From IMG/VR virus record IMGVR_UViG_3300035670_000178, positions 3,036 to 67,035 of that record: 64,000 bases of DNA; one strand, given 5' to 3'. The translations under genes and the position numbers were made by a program. Positions within the stretch are counted from its first letter, which is position 1. Every line of letters starts with the position of its first letter. This DNA is from a virus. Below the pieces are notes generated by a model, which saw nothing but the letters and a program-made list of their open reading frames with translations, made no database searches and was not told the DNA's origin. This document shows, one piece after another, positions 1 through 9,622 of the stretch.

Positions 1-129
1 GCGCAGACCACGCACATTCCCCACACACCCGCCCATGAAACGGAGCTGCACGACGAGGGGCTTGCTCTTCTTGCCAGCGTCGTTGGAGTTTCTCCCGCTG
101 TTCTTCGTTCATAGAGTCATCATTAGTGT

Positions 130-417
130 TCATTCCGGCGCTCCTTTCTTGATCACGCCAAGCCGGACCAGCCACGCGGGCACCTTGTGATCGCGCACAA
201 ACAGCGCAAGCAGGTGCATGAACGGGTGAAGCCAGACCTGAACAAAGATGTACCACGGGCGAAACTTGGGCAAGTAGTGCTTTTGCACCTCCGGCCTCTT
301 CAACCATTTGTGCATTCGCAGCGATTCATAGATCCACCACCACCACAGGAAGATCACGACGATCAGGCCCATGGGCCAGCGCAGGTCAATCGATAAAACG
401 GGCCAGTCGATCCACAT
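130..417 (-). CDS. small membrane protein
   Basis: Trp-rich hydrophobic segments; ATG (MWIDWP) follows a GGAGG-like RBS, so the ORF-track start at 708 is probably over-extended. Confidence 0.5.
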   Translation of the reverse strand: MWIDWPVLSIDLRWPMGLIVVIFLWWWWIYESLRMHKWLKRPEVQKHYLPKFRPWYIFVQVWLHPFMHLLALFVRDHKVPAWLVRLGVIKKGAPE

Positions 418-592
418 TAGACCCCCCTCCCCTTCCCGCGCTCGCCTACCGGCACGCGGTTTCCGGTCTTGCGGCCCCGCCGGTTCGCCCGGTTTGCGCC
501 CGCCATGCGGTTTTCTCGGGCGATCAGCCACGTAACCCGCTCCACGTAGCGCACGACGGCGCACAGGGCCGTGGAAGCCCACTCCAGCGCCA

Positions 593-1117
593 TCATGGGG
601 CCACGGGTCCGGTCGGCAGCGGCGCACCCTCAGAGGGCTCATCGAAGGGACTCGCATCCATCGCGTCCATGATCTCCTTGGTGGTGTACCGGATCTTGAG
701 GCCGTCAACGATGTACTGGAGGCTTTTCGGGATCCCCGCGCCTGGCGGTGGCGCGGCGGCCGGCTCGAAGTGCAGGCCGGGGACCACGAATTGCTGTAGG
801 GCTTCGTGCCAGATCTCCGGGGTATGTCGCACGTAAGCCCAGCGGTGAGGCCCGCGCCAGATATTTCCGCTCGCGCTGCGCCAGCGCCCTTCCCAGTAGT
901 AGAGGATCACGGGCTTGGGGTCGCCCTCGTAGTAGGCCAGGATCGGCCATTTCAGGGAGCGATCTCCGGTTTCGTCGATCTGCCCGTCGGGTCGGTCCGG
1001 GATGGCGTTCCACGGCTGCCACGGGTAGGCCGCAAAGTCGAGGTAGTGCGTCATGGGCCCGGTCGGGTGGTTCGTGGTGTGCAGGGTCAGGCGCTGCACG
1101 CCGTTGCTGTTCATCAT
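593..1117 (-). CDS. hypothetical phage protein
   Basis: 174-aa ORF with GGAG upstream, in the co-oriented minus-strand chain. Confidence 0.55.
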   Translation of the reverse strand: MMNSNGVQRLTLHTTNHPTGPMTHYLDFAAYPWQPWNAIPDRPDGQIDETGDRSLKWPILAYYEGDPKPVILYYWEGRWRSASGNIWRGPHRWAYVRHTPEIWHEALQQFVVPGLHFEPAAAPPPGAGIPKSLQYIVDGLKIRYTTKEIMDAMDASPFDEPSEGAPLPTGPVAP

Positions 1118-1353
1118 GGTTCGTCTCCGTTGGTTGTTCCTGTTGCCAGACAGGGGATCAGGGGGCTTCGGGCGCGAAGGGGTTGAGTTCGGCGAAGGCG
1201 ATGATCATATCGGTATGCGCAATAGCTGCTATCACGTCTCCACTCGCCACTATATGGTTGAGTCCTTTCGTCGCTACGACGTACTCTTTGCCCGGCTCCG
1301 CACTCTCCACGTCGGTTCGCCACGGCCCGGCGGCGGCTTTGTCGTCTTTCGGC

Positions 1354-1575
1354 TTACCCATTCCGCTTCTCCTTGTCGCGCTCGATTTCGGTTGCGATTT
1401 CGTCCGCAAATTGTTTTGCAATCTTCACGCTGCTATAAGGACCAAACGTGTCAGGCCCGACGCCGAGCACTACGCACCGCGAATTTGCTGCGACAATATG
1501 AAATGAATAGCCCTCGTATTCGGCGCGGTAGGCCGTGAAAATTGACTTATCGTCTTTTTTCCAACCGAGCTTCAT
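1354..1575 (-). CDS. hypothetical protein
   Basis: Overlaps the stop of the upstream gene; GGAGG RBS. Confidence 0.55.
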   Translation of the reverse strand: MKLGWKKDDKSIFTAYRAEYEGYSFHIVAANSRCVVLGVGPDTFGPYSSVKIAKQFADEIATEIERDKEKRNG

Positions 1576-1817
1576 TTATCTTCCTCCAGTATTGCCCTGA
1601 TGGCGTCTAGTCTTTGTGTGGTGAGTTCAAGTCTTCCGCCAGACTCTACGATATCCGCCCAGCCGGGCAGACTCACCAGCGCGGCGATGCGGGCGATGCG
1701 TGCCTCCAACTCCGCGATCCGCGCCTCGTAGGCGTCGCAGTCGGCGTTGTGGCGGTCGCACAGGTCGGACCAGTCGGTGAATTCGCGCTGTGTTTCGTAA
1801 TCTATCCACTTACTCAT
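1572..1817 (-). CDS. hypothetical coiled-coil protein
   Basis: Start MSKWIDY after AAGGAG; EARIAELEARIAR heptads. Confidence 0.55.
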   Translation of the reverse strand: MSKWIDYETQREFTDWSDLCDRHNADCDAYEARIAELEARIARIAALVSLPGWADIVESGGRLELTTQRLDAIRAILEEDK

Positions 1818-2182
1818 TAGTATCTCCTTTCTCCACGAATGCGGGGCAGGCGGGCGTGCCATCCATGTCGCAGAGCAGCGGCTACTCGGGGCCACGTGAC
1901 GGCGTGTCGAGGGCGCTGCCGCCGCCTACGCGCCGCCAGTCTTCCGTGGCGAAGAACTTATACACTGTCAACGATCCGAACTGAGCGGGCTTCAATACCG
2001 CCAAATCCCATCTAATGATTTGGGCACCGGCACAAATCGTTCCAGCCACTGTTAGTGCAATAATCGTTCTTTTCATTAGAGATTCTCCAGATAAGTCAGC
2101 ATGTTGAAGATGCAGTTAGTGAGCGTCACAATCCAAATGGCGAATAAAGTTGTGTGGATATCTTTCAAAAGTTTGTCTGTCA

Positions 2183-2452
2183 TTAGGATTCCTCCTTATA
2201 CGGGTTGTGTTTGCGTCGGAATTTGAGTGCCTCGTTGAATTCGCTCAGGGTCTCAACGTCTGCGCGTTGTTTGGCTGCGTAGAGTTCTAAAGCGTACCGA
2301 AGTTTGTCTAGTTCGGATTCAATTTCGGTGACTTCTGCTTCAAGACGGTTAGCGAGATCTTCCAATACCCCCGCTGTGTAATCGTCCGTGTGCAGTCGCT
2401 CTTCATCTGCCAGCGCCCGCATTTCTTCGATGATGTCTTTCATGCTTCTCAC
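2183..2452 (-). CDS. hypothetical coiled-coil protein
   Basis: Shares the MKDII.EMR start and RLEA motif with 2634-3068. Confidence 0.6.
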   Translation of the reverse strand: MRSMKDIIEEMRALADEERLHTDDYTAGVLEDLANRLEAEVTEIESELDKLRYALELYAAKQRADVETLSEFNEALKFRRKHNPYKEES

Positions 2453-2633
2453 TCCTTCCGAAACGTCCCGTAGAACTGTTTTGCCTGTCGGTCTTGAAAT
2501 CGCCGAGTGATTTCTTCGTTTAGCGCGTCAAAAGGTGCCTTGTATCCAGCGGCGATCCGTTCGAGGTCATCGATTCGGGCTTGCATTTTCGCTAGTTCGC
2601 GTTCGTGCTGTCGTCGGGTCATGATGGGGAGCT

Positions 2634-3068
2634 TCATTTCCATTCCTCCACGTTGAACCCGGCGGCGGCGAAGGCGGCAAAGGCAAGGCAACGCCACAGA
2701 CTTGCGTGATTTTCAAACGGCACGACAAATATTCCGTTTCTGCAAAAGTAGTTCTCGTGCGACTTGTGCAGCGCCTTCGCTAGCGCCACTACCTGCTCCG
2801 CCGTGACGGTGCGCGGCTGGAGCCACGGGGAGAGGTGGGAGAGGATGGCGTTGGCGATATCGTCCCAGTCTCCCGCGAAATCACCAAAAGCATTACTAAC
2901 GACGTCTGCCAATTCCTCCGCGCTCGGCACGTCGGCGGGATGCATGGCTTCGAGGCGGGATGCCCAACGATCCATAGCTTTCACGACGTGGTCTGGGATG
3001 TCGCTAAACGCTGGAGTGTCGCGAAGGCATTTCGCGCAATCTCGCATCTCTTTGATGATGTCCTTCAT
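2634..3068 (-). CDS. hypothetical mosaic phage protein
   Basis: Start overlaps the upstream stop; shares modules with neighbouring ORFs. Confidence 0.6.
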   Translation of the reverse strand: MKDIIKEMRDCAKCLRDTPAFSDIPDHVVKAMDRWASRLEAMHPADVPSAEELADVVSNAFGDFAGDWDDIANAILSHLSPWLQPRTVTAEQVVALAKALHKSHENYFCRNGIFVVPFENHASLWRCLAFAAFAAAGFNVEEWK

Positions 3069-4003
3069 AGCTCATCCTCCTCTTGTATCGCCGGCATTCC
3101 GTCTACCGCTTGCCTTATAGCGTCCTTCAGGTTTTCTGCTGCCTCTTGGGCCATCTCGCATGTCTCAAGATAGCCAAGATCCACATCTCCTACAAACAGA
3201 GAGTCGTCTTGAACGTTGATGCTTTGATATAGGGCCTCAAGCCTTTTGTTCAGGCCAGAAAGCTCTTCGGTGATTACGTCGCAGCAGTGATTTAGCGTAA
3301 TCACATCGTTGTTATGGGCGATGACTATATCATCGCGCCAAAACTCGTCGTTTGAGTCTATCGACCTATCATTACTGATCGATATTTTTGTCTCGCTAAA
3401 CGCAGGAACAGACCAACGTCTTGCGTTGCGCAGCCCAGCTAATACCCTTTGCCGGCGAAGCTGCGATAGCCGCTCTTCTAGCTGGTCCCTTTCCGCTTGT
3501 AGCTGTTTCATTTGCTCCGCGCTCGGCACGTCTCCGCCCACTTCGATCACGGCGCGAGAGGCGAGGTAGGACATGATTCGAGTGGCCTCTTCGATGCGTT
3601 GTTGGCCGTGGTGTCCGTAGATGAATTGCGCCACTTCCTCCGGCTTCGCATCGAACCGCACCTTCACGGTGCGCGAACAACGCGGAAAGCCCTGGACTTC
3701 ATCCGGGTGACGCAGCCATGCCATCTCCTGTCTTATATGTTCGTAGGCCACCCGTGCCTCCGCTAGATATCCTTTTTTCGACGAGCATTCCTCCCAGGTC
3801 TTTGGCGGCAAGCCTTTGGCTTCTGTGAAAGCAGCAAACATTTTCTTCGCCAACTCGACGTGCTCTTTTTCCTCGCGCGCTTCCAAGACAGCCCGGACAA
3901 CATTGCGCCATATATCATCATTCTTCCCGCTCACTTCGGAATTGAAGAAAGCGTCACAGGCAGCTTCCGCCATGCGATCAATTTGATCGTCTGTTGCTTT
4001 CAT
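3065..4003 (-). CDS. hypothetical mosaic phage protein
   Basis: 312-aa ORF, GAGG RBS, 4-nt overlaps at both ends. Confidence 0.65.
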   Translation of the reverse strand: MKATDDQIDRMAEAACDAFFNSEVSGKNDDIWRNVVRAVLEAREEKEHVELAKKMFAAFTEAKGLPPKTWEECSSKKGYLAEARVAYEHIRQEMAWLRHPDEVQGFPRCSRTVKVRFDAKPEEVAQFIYGHHGQQRIEEATRIMSYLASRAVIEVGGDVPSAEQMKQLQAERDQLEERLSQLRRQRVLAGLRNARRWSVPAFSETKISISNDRSIDSNDEFWRDDIVIAHNNDVITLNHCCDVITEELSGLNKRLEALYQSINVQDDSLFVGDVDLGYLETCEMAQEAAENLKDAIRQAVDGMPAIQEEDEL

Positions 4004-4302
4004 TTAGCACCTCGTTTCATCGCCGCGCGGGCCACGCGGAGCCAGTCGCACCGGTTCATCTCACTCCATTCACTGTAAGGGTCGGCCGGTATATCACCAA
4101 GCCACACTTCCCGTAACGCCTCCGCCATTTCAATCTCCTCTTCCGTAGGTCGAGCTAAATATTCGTCCAACCAGTCCCTCAATTCTATGGCCTGTTCACG
4201 GCTATGAACGTTGCTTTTGAGCTTGAATCGCCCGTCTCTAAATGCCTGAACGATCGTCTCGTCTGAAGGGGCGCTTGTGCATTTCAGCCTCAGTTGTCTC
4301 AT
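4000..4302 (-). CDS. hypothetical protein
   Basis: In chain with 4-nt overlap; WLRVARAA motif. Confidence 0.6.
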   Translation of the reverse strand: MRQLRLKCTSAPSDETIVQAFRDGRFKLKSNVHSREQAIELRDWLDEYLARPTEEEIEMAEALREVWLGDIPADPYSEWSEMNRCDWLRVARAAMKRGAK

Positions 4303-4412
4303 ACCTCTACTTCCTTTCTTAGATCAAATGACCTAGGTTCCAATGGACGCACAGGCCACCCCGTAGTCAGCTATTCTTTGCACATCCTCAATCGGTGGTT
4401 CATAGACTAATC

Positions 4413-4781
4413 TCACCGCCACTCTCCTTCTCTGAAGTGAATCATCTTCCAAGCAGCCTGTTTTCGGATCTTCGGATCCGGGATGAACTCCTCAAGCAGC
4501 CGGTTCATGTAGTCAGTCACGCAGTCCGACTCATACCACGCAAGGAAATCGGCCATGTCCTCCTCTGTCGAAGTCGATCGGTCCTGCAACTCCTCCCAAG
4601 TTTTGACGCACGCCTCGATCGACTTTCGCCGCGGACGATCATAGGAAGGAAGCCAGTCTTTCAGCCCGTCGATCACGGCCCTGTTCGACACGACGTAGCT
4701 CACGTCGTCGACCACGATCACCAGACCGGCGTCCGTCATCTTGAACGAAATAGGAAGATTCACAATCTCGAAATTACTCAT
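4413..4781 (-). CDS. hypothetical protein
   Basis: In-chain 122-aa ORF. Confidence 0.6.
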   Translation of the reverse strand: MSNFEIVNLPISFKMTDAGLVIVVDDVSYVVSNRAVIDGLKDWLPSYDRPRRKSIEACVKTWEELQDRSTSTEEDMADFLAWYESDCVTDYMNRLLEEFIPDPKIRKQAAWKMIHFREGEWR

Positions 4782-5094
4782 AAGGCAACACCTTCACAAG
4801 GAAATCCACGATCTCCTTAGTAAGCGGAACGTCATTCGCCTCACCCCAGTAGTCGATATAACATTCCGTCCGTTCAGTCATCAAGTAAGTACCGCCCTTG
4901 TACCCCGTGAACTCCTTTCCGAGGGCGAACTCCGCATGAAACAACATCTTCCTAATCGTGGTGCGCCTGCCAGGACGAAACATCAAGCACGCATAGTCCC
5001 CACGGTAAGAGTCAGGATACTCAAGCCCGATAGGCAATTCAAGATCCGGCTCGACAAAATCTTTCAGATAGGCAATGTATTCACCTAAGCGCAT
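4774..5094 (-). CDS. conserved-looking phage hypothetical protein
   Basis: Start MRLGEY; SYRGDY and FTGYKGG motifs resemble a small phage family of unknown function. Confidence 0.6.
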   Translation of the reverse strand: MRLGEYIAYLKDFVEPDLELPIGLEYPDSYRGDYACLMFRPGRRTTIRKMLFHAEFALGKEFTGYKGGTYLMTERTECYIDYWGEANDVPLTKEIVDFLVKVLPYE

Positions 5095-5329
5095 CTTCGA
5101 TCTCCCTTTTGCGAAACTGCAAGTACAACCCGTACTCAGAATCGCCGTACAAGTTATTGACAATGGCCTCTTCGACTTTGCGAAGCTGATATTTCAAGCA
5201 CCCTTCATATGATAGATGATCAAAATAATCGCCCAAAAGACGCTCAAACTCTTCTTCAAAGTTCTCCTCATTTCGTGTAGCTTGCTCGAATATCTTACCG
5301 ATCCTCACCGTCGAGACTTTCACGATCAA
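5081..5329 (-). CDS. hypothetical protein
   Basis: In-chain overlap, AAGGAGG RBS. Confidence 0.55.
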   Translation of the reverse strand: MIVKVSTVRIGKIFEQATRNEENFEEEFERLLGDYFDHLSYEGCLKYQLRKVEEAIVNNLYGDSEYGLYLQFRKREIEDALR

Positions 5330-5520
5330 CCCTCCTTAACGAGGACACGCCCGTGATCGTCCACGGTCAGTCCAGTAAACTCAGGCAAAAAGCGGACCAA
5401 CTCCAAGTGATCGTCCACCAAACGCAACACGGCGGCACCCTCCACGTGAAGGGAGCAAACGCCATCTTCAAACACCAGCTCCACTTCCCGTGGCTTAGCA
5501 ACTCCTACAGGTACAAACAT
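5326..5520 (-). CDS. hypothetical protein
   Basis: AGGAG RBS, in chain. Confidence 0.5.
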   Translation of the reverse strand: MFVPVGVAKPREVELVFEDGVCSLHVEGAAVLRLVDDHLELVRFLPEFTGLTVDDHGRVLVKEG

Positions 5521-5523
5521 GGT

Positions 5524-5937
5524 TCAACTCCTAACTATTTTGTAAGGGATCTCAGCAATCCCTACTTTACGGGCGACTTGAACTCTCAAGTTTCCGTCGA
5601 TCACCCTTCCATCCTCAGTCACGTGTATTTCTTTGCAAATACCTTCGTGCAGGTACAGTTCGATAAATTTCAACACCTCCTCTTCACTATGTGTGATTGT
5701 GAGTTTAAAACTGCCAACATCAAACACAGGACCATACTTGACCGGCACCCGTTCCCATTCTAGAAATCGCATAGCAAGCAATCGCAGTGTACCATCAACA
5801 ACCCAGTTGCTTAGATTGACCACGATCGGTTCACGTAGTCCATTATTCTTCAAGTCATGGACCATACGCAATACTTGGTGAGGCTTGTAATCTTTCCCGG
5901 CGGTAATCTTGAGATCACAACAGTTCAAGAACATCAA
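5524..5937 (-). CDS. ParB/Sulfiredoxin N-terminal-like protein with two mini-domains
   Basis: GLREPIVV..WVVDGTLRL and a second VIDGNLRV resemble the ParB DGxxR motif. Confidence 0.6.
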   Translation of the reverse strand: MMFLNCCDLKITAGKDYKPHQVLRMVHDLKNNGLREPIVVNLSNWVVDGTLRLLAMRFLEWERVPVKYGPVFDVGSFKLTITHSEEEVLKFIELYLHEGICKEIHVTEDGRVIDGNLRVQVARKVGIAEIPYKIVRS

Positions 5938-6196
5938 TTACCCTCCTTATGGTCCCTCCTCCAGTCGTACGTTGCTCGTACAAAGCATCGGCTTTAGTTC
6001 GCCACGATCTGGCGGACACGCCGCCGGAGGGGAACACCACGATCCACTCTGACAGGTCGTACATCCGATAGCCGGCCGCGGCGAAGTCGGAGAGTTCATC
6101 TCGCGTGATCGTTTTGCAACGTGGCGACAGCTTCGATCCGTCAATGCCGCGAAACTCGAACACAATCTTCTTGACCAAATCAACTTTCAGATTCAT
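5915..6196 (-). CDS. hypothetical protein
   Basis: Start MNLKVD after GGAG. Confidence 0.45.
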   Translation of the reverse strand: MNLKVDLVKKIVFEFRGIDGSKLSPRCKTITRDELSDFAAAGYRMYDLSEWIVVFPSGGVSARSWRTKADALYEQRTTGGGTIRRVIDVLELL

Positions 6197-6398
6197 CGAA
6201 CAACTCCATAATCTTCTCGGCCTTGCTCTTCGCGTGGCCCACCAACTCTTCCTCGAAGAAAAAGGCACAAATACGTCCGCACCCCGTGACTCGGTACTTC
6301 TCACCGGTAAAGGCACAGATTACATACCACACCCCGTCATCAAATACCTGATGGAATCCATAGTCATAGTCGAGCTTAGTCTTCCAGCTCATATCCAC
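6180..6398 (-). CDS. hypothetical protein
   Basis: In-chain ORF. Confidence 0.5.
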   Translation of the reverse strand: MDMSWKTKLDYDYGFHQVFDDGVWYVICAFTGEKYRVTGCGRICAFFFEEELVGHAKSKAEKIMELFDESES

Positions 6399-6642
6399 CT
6401 TCCTTCACGATCCGGGCAAACAGCTTCTGCCGTTGCTTGTTGAGCCTCATTCCATCATTCAGCAAAGTCACCTCCCAAATATTCAATTCAGGAAACAACG
6501 TATGCACCGCTTCGCATATACGATCAGGTTGGTAGTCACGCACACCGATCTGATGGGCGAGATGGCCTATGACACAGCAAGGTTCACCATCTACTTCAAA
6601 CATGGCCCTTCTGCCGATTTTCTCAGGTACCTTGAACTTCAT
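6376..6642 (-). CDS. hypothetical protein (DGEPCC..H family)
   Basis: Shares motif with 6756-7079. Confidence 0.6.
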   Translation of the reverse strand: MKFKVPEKIGRRAMFEVDGEPCCVIGHLAHQIGVRDYQPDRICEAVHTLFPELNIWEVTLLNDGMRLNKQRQKLFARIVKEGGYELED

Positions 6643-6832
6643 TGATCCAACTCCTTACAGCGGGCAACACCGCGTAAGCCGGCAGAATCAGCGTCTCTCC
6701 GGCCATAGTCATGATCGTTACTTCTCGTGCTCCGGCACAGTATTCACGAAGAAACTCACTTGCTTCGTGAGCTTTCTCTTGCTCGCAGCTCTTGAGAAAG
6801 CTGCGTTCCTTCAAGGTCAAGTATGTACTCAA
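6623..6832 (-). CDS. hypothetical protein
   Basis: AAGGAG upstream, in chain. Confidence 0.45.
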   Translation of the reverse strand: MSTYLTLKERSFLKSCEQEKAHEASEFLREYCAGAREVTIMTMAGETLILPAYAVLPAVRSWINEVQGT

Positions 6833-7079
6833 TGTTGTTCTCCTTACAGAACTCGATCGTGAGTTCGATCACTTCTACTTGTTTCGTACATTGATCGACA
6901 TGATCAATAAAGTCCCACAGGTAGTCAGAGCTAACATCCAATTCCTCTTCGAGGATATCAACTACTCCTCCCTTGCGATCAGGAAACAACTGGCTCCTTA
7001 CATGGGCCAGCGGGCAGCACGGCTCTCCATCACAATAGTAGAAGTTACCAAACGTGATCTCTGGGTTAATCCGAAACAT
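6756..7079 (-). CDS. hypothetical protein (DGEPCC..H family)
   Basis: Start MFRINP; motif shared with 6376-6642. Confidence 0.55.
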   Translation of the reverse strand: MFRINPEITFGNFYYCDGEPCCPLAHVRSQLFPDRKGGVVDILEEELDVSSDYLWDFIDHVDQCTKQVEVIELTIEFCKENNIEYILDLEGTQLSQELRARESSRSK

Positions 7080-7269
7080 AGAGCAGTTCCATAGCGGAAA
7101 ACACCTTGGGTTCCCCGCATTCCTCACACTTGTACCGTCGGGCATCCGGCTCAAGCCCGTCATGGATCGTGCCGCACACCGTGCAGATCCCCGGTTGAAC
7201 CGAGTCTAGCATCATGGCCTGCAAATCTTCTTCACCGTATTCTTCATACAATTCTTCAAGTCCGAACAT
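7066..7269 (-). CDS. small zinc-ribbon protein
   Basis: CTVCG and CEECG CxxC pairs. Confidence 0.6.
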   Translation of the reverse strand: MFGLEELYEEYGEEDLQAMMLDSVQPGICTVCGTIHDGLEPDARRYKCEECGEPKVFSAMELLYVSD

Positions 7270-7768
7270 CGTAGATCTCCAGTGGTGCCAAAGAAACAAA
7301 CAGGCACCCGTTGTAGTTGAACCGGCGGGATTGCTTCCAGTGGGCGAACACCCACACTTCTGGAAGCGGCATCTCCGCCAGTTTCAGTTCAAATTCAGTT
7401 GCTTGATACCCGGCGGGGTCCATGATTTCCCCGACACTCGCCGGGCATTCATGGCTCAACACTACACGGACGCCTTTCCACCGGGACTTGACGAACGACC
7501 ACTCCGGGCCCCACAAACTAGATCCCACGATCAAGGCCCCGTTCAACCGTTCACCGTCCGTGATCCACTGATCGCACTTGACCACGTCCTCGTAACGATC
7601 TTTGTTCCCGCGAAGGAACTTATGCCCCTTCCGTGGTAACTGGGACCTCACGAAACTGAGATCCCCAAGGTCGCCTAATTGACAAGTAACATAGGGGCTT
7701 TCCTCCACTATCTTGAAGTACTCGCCCCAGGCGCCATTCACGACACCCACACATCGGATCGTCGTCAT
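7256..7768 (-). CDS. degenerate calcineurin-like metallophosphoesterase
   Basis: QLGDLG, LRGNKD, LSHECP and FAHWK match the MPE motif order, but the first DxH and the GNH His are substituted. Confidence 0.55.
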   Translation of the reverse strand: MTTIRCVGVVNGAWGEYFKIVEESPYVTCQLGDLGDLSFVRSQLPRKGHKFLRGNKDRYEDVVKCDQWITDGERLNGALIVGSSLWGPEWSFVKSRWKGVRVVLSHECPASVGEIMDPAGYQATEFELKLAEMPLPEVWVFAHWKQSRRFNYNGCLFVSLAPLEIYDVRT

Positions 7769-8073
7769 TGTAGGAAGATCCTCCGGCCCTCTAACACTTC
7801 GATAATCTGACTCTTCACGTTGGCCTGCTTCGTAAACGGGAAGTGCCGGTCGACATATTGGTCGACCGCTAAGTGCCACTTCTTGGCAGCATCCTGGAAC
7901 TTCTCTTCACCGAGAGCCCACGACACAAGCTCGAAGCGATCTCTGACCGTCTGGTCATCGACCAGCTGAGAGTACAAGTACTCCAGCCGGTCCTTCCCGG
8001 CACCTACCGTGAGATCCTCGGGATCCCACAGTTCGGCCATGACTTTCTTGATTCTCACCCAACGATAGAACAT
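7765..8073 (-). CDS. hypothetical protein
   Basis: GGAGG RBS, in chain. Confidence 0.55.
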   Translation of the reverse strand: MFYRWVRIKKVMAELWDPEDLTVGAGKDRLEYLYSQLVDDQTVRDRFELVSWALGEEKFQDAAKKWHLAVDQYVDRHFPFTKQANVKSQIIEVLEGRRIFLQ

Positions 8074-8075
8074 AT

Positions 8076-8342
8076 TCAGTTCCTCCGAGGATCTATCAGA
8101 GATCCGCTCATCCAGTTGAGGTCCAATTCCAGCGCAAGCTGAAGCAACAACGCTCCACTGTTCCGGCAGTTGCTAATAACCGCCAGATTACCCTTCGTGT
8201 GATTGGCGGCCACCCATTCCAACACTTCGATTTTATCGAAGTCGTCAGTCCGGGCAGTGTATTTATAACCGCCATTCTTGGCATAGGCGATGCCAAGATC
8301 TAAATCGTCACTTATGAGCATTAGCAGGTGATGTCTTCCCAT
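8076..8342 (-). CDS. hypothetical protein
   Basis: GGAGG RBS, in chain. Confidence 0.5.
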   Translation of the reverse strand: MGRHHLLMLISDDLDLGIAYAKNGGYKYTARTDDFDKIEVLEWVAANHTKGNLAVISNCRNSGALLLQLALELDLNWMSGSLIDPRRN

Positions 8343-8698
8343 CTTTCCTCCATTTTCTGCCGGACATGCTCCGGCACGTTGGTCTCACCCCTACCCGTGA
8401 GTGTGATGATCTTTAGATCCGCCCCGAGATGTCGGGCCATCAATCGGTAAGGGCGAATCTCGCATTCCCGTGTAAAGGGCGAAACTACGATCACCTGTCC
8501 ATCCCGGTTCAAGATCCGGGTGGCTTCGGCCAGGCACCACTCACGTGCCTGGCGGACCAGACTGTAGTTGAACGGAGCATCCCGAAAGAAGTGCTCCGGC
8601 TCGACATACTCGACGCCGAACCCCTTGCCCAGATTGCGGGCAAACTGGGATTTTCCCGAACCGGGGAGTCCCCGGATCAACAGGATTTCACGGGCCAT
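8321..8698 (-). CDS. P-loop kinase (AAA_33 / polynucleotide kinase-like)
   Basis: LIRGLPGSGKS Walker A and NVPEHV..M..RWE C-terminus. Confidence 0.8.
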   Translation of the reverse strand: MAREILLIRGLPGSGKSQFARNLGKGFGVEYVEPEHFFRDAPFNYSLVRQAREWCLAEATRILNRDGQVIVVSPFTRECEIRPYRLMARHLGADLKIITLTGRGETNVPEHVRQKMEERWEDITC

Positions 8699-8967
8699 TC
8701 TTTTGCCTCCCATCGGACCCTGAGATCCTCCGCTCTGCTTTTAAGCTCTTTAACAGAGTCCCACACGAGGTCCTGAAGCTCAGGCGGCAGATGCCCCACA
8801 GTAGTGCGGGCACACGCCACGGTGTGTTCGTAGTAGCTAAGTTCCCCGTGAAGCTCATGGGCCTTTTCATAGAGATCAGTATTTACCCGAATCTCGAAAT
8901 TGTATTTATTCGATAGTCGGATCAGATTTTTGACGTCGGAATGGTATTCTTTCAGGCTGACTTTCAT
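8677..8967 (-). CDS. hypothetical protein
   Basis: Start MKVSLK, in chain. Confidence 0.55.
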   Translation of the reverse strand: MKVSLKEYHSDVKNLIRLSNKYNFEIRVNTDLYEKAHELHGELSYYEHTVACARTTVGHLPPELQDLVWDSVKELKSRAEDLRVRWEAKEWPVKSC

Positions 8968-8968
8968 G

Positions 8969-9370
8969 TTAGTTCCCCATCCGGTGAAGGGCAGCATTTA
9001 TGCTGACCCAGGTTCCGCCCAGCCGGCACAGCGCCACTATGGCATTGCACCGAGCCGGGGTCAGATGCTCGATTTCGGCTGCCCGTGAGAGGGCCGCCTC
9101 CAGTCCGACGCCAGACTCGATCTGGTGTCGAAAGAAAGTGACCTCTTTCAACTCGAAAAGGCCGGCTTCGTACTGGTCTTGAAGGTCAAAGAAGCTCACT
9201 TCTTCGCAGCCCCGCAACCGTTCGTGCAACCCATCTAGGGCCGCGAGATCTTCAGGCTCGTAGCCTTGAAGGCTACACTTCTCTTCGATTGCCTCGATCC
9301 GTCGAGCATACCCCTCCAGATGCTCAGGGATATATTTCACCCGGTTCGTGATTTGTTCAAACTTAAGCAT
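8969..9370 (-). CDS. hypothetical protein
   Basis: Start MLKFEQ after GGAG; the upstream extension in the ORF track is the hairpin element. Confidence 0.55.
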   Translation of the reverse strand: MLKFEQITNRVKYIPEHLEGYARRIEAIEEKCSLQGYEPEDLAALDGLHERLRGCEEVSFFDLQDQYEAGLFELKEVTFFRHQIESGVGLEAALSRAAEIEHLTPARCNAIVALCRLGGTWVSINAALHRMGN

Positions 9371-9401
9371 GATATTTCTCCAGGGCGCAATCCGCCCATT
9401 C

Positions 9402-9456
9402 TTCAGGACCCAATGTCCTGCATGGCGCACTCACGTGATCGAGTGCGCCAGCCAGG
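9402..9456. repeat. twin-hairpin element, copy 1
   Basis: CAGGAC-CCAAT-GTCCTG then TGGCGCACTC-N8-GAGTGCGCCA then GCCAGG; second copy at 10178-10232. Confidence 0.85.
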
Positions 9457-9622
9457 AAACTAGATGCCGTAGATTTGGACCAGTTTCACAAATTCTTTGA
9501 ACAGAGTATTCTGTTTTTCTGTATACTTCCCTCGAAGAGGGCAGTTACGGCGGAGGTGCAGGATGTGAGCGCGAACACTAAACAGACCCATGGTATTACT
9601 CCCTGTGACGACTGCGAAGCAG

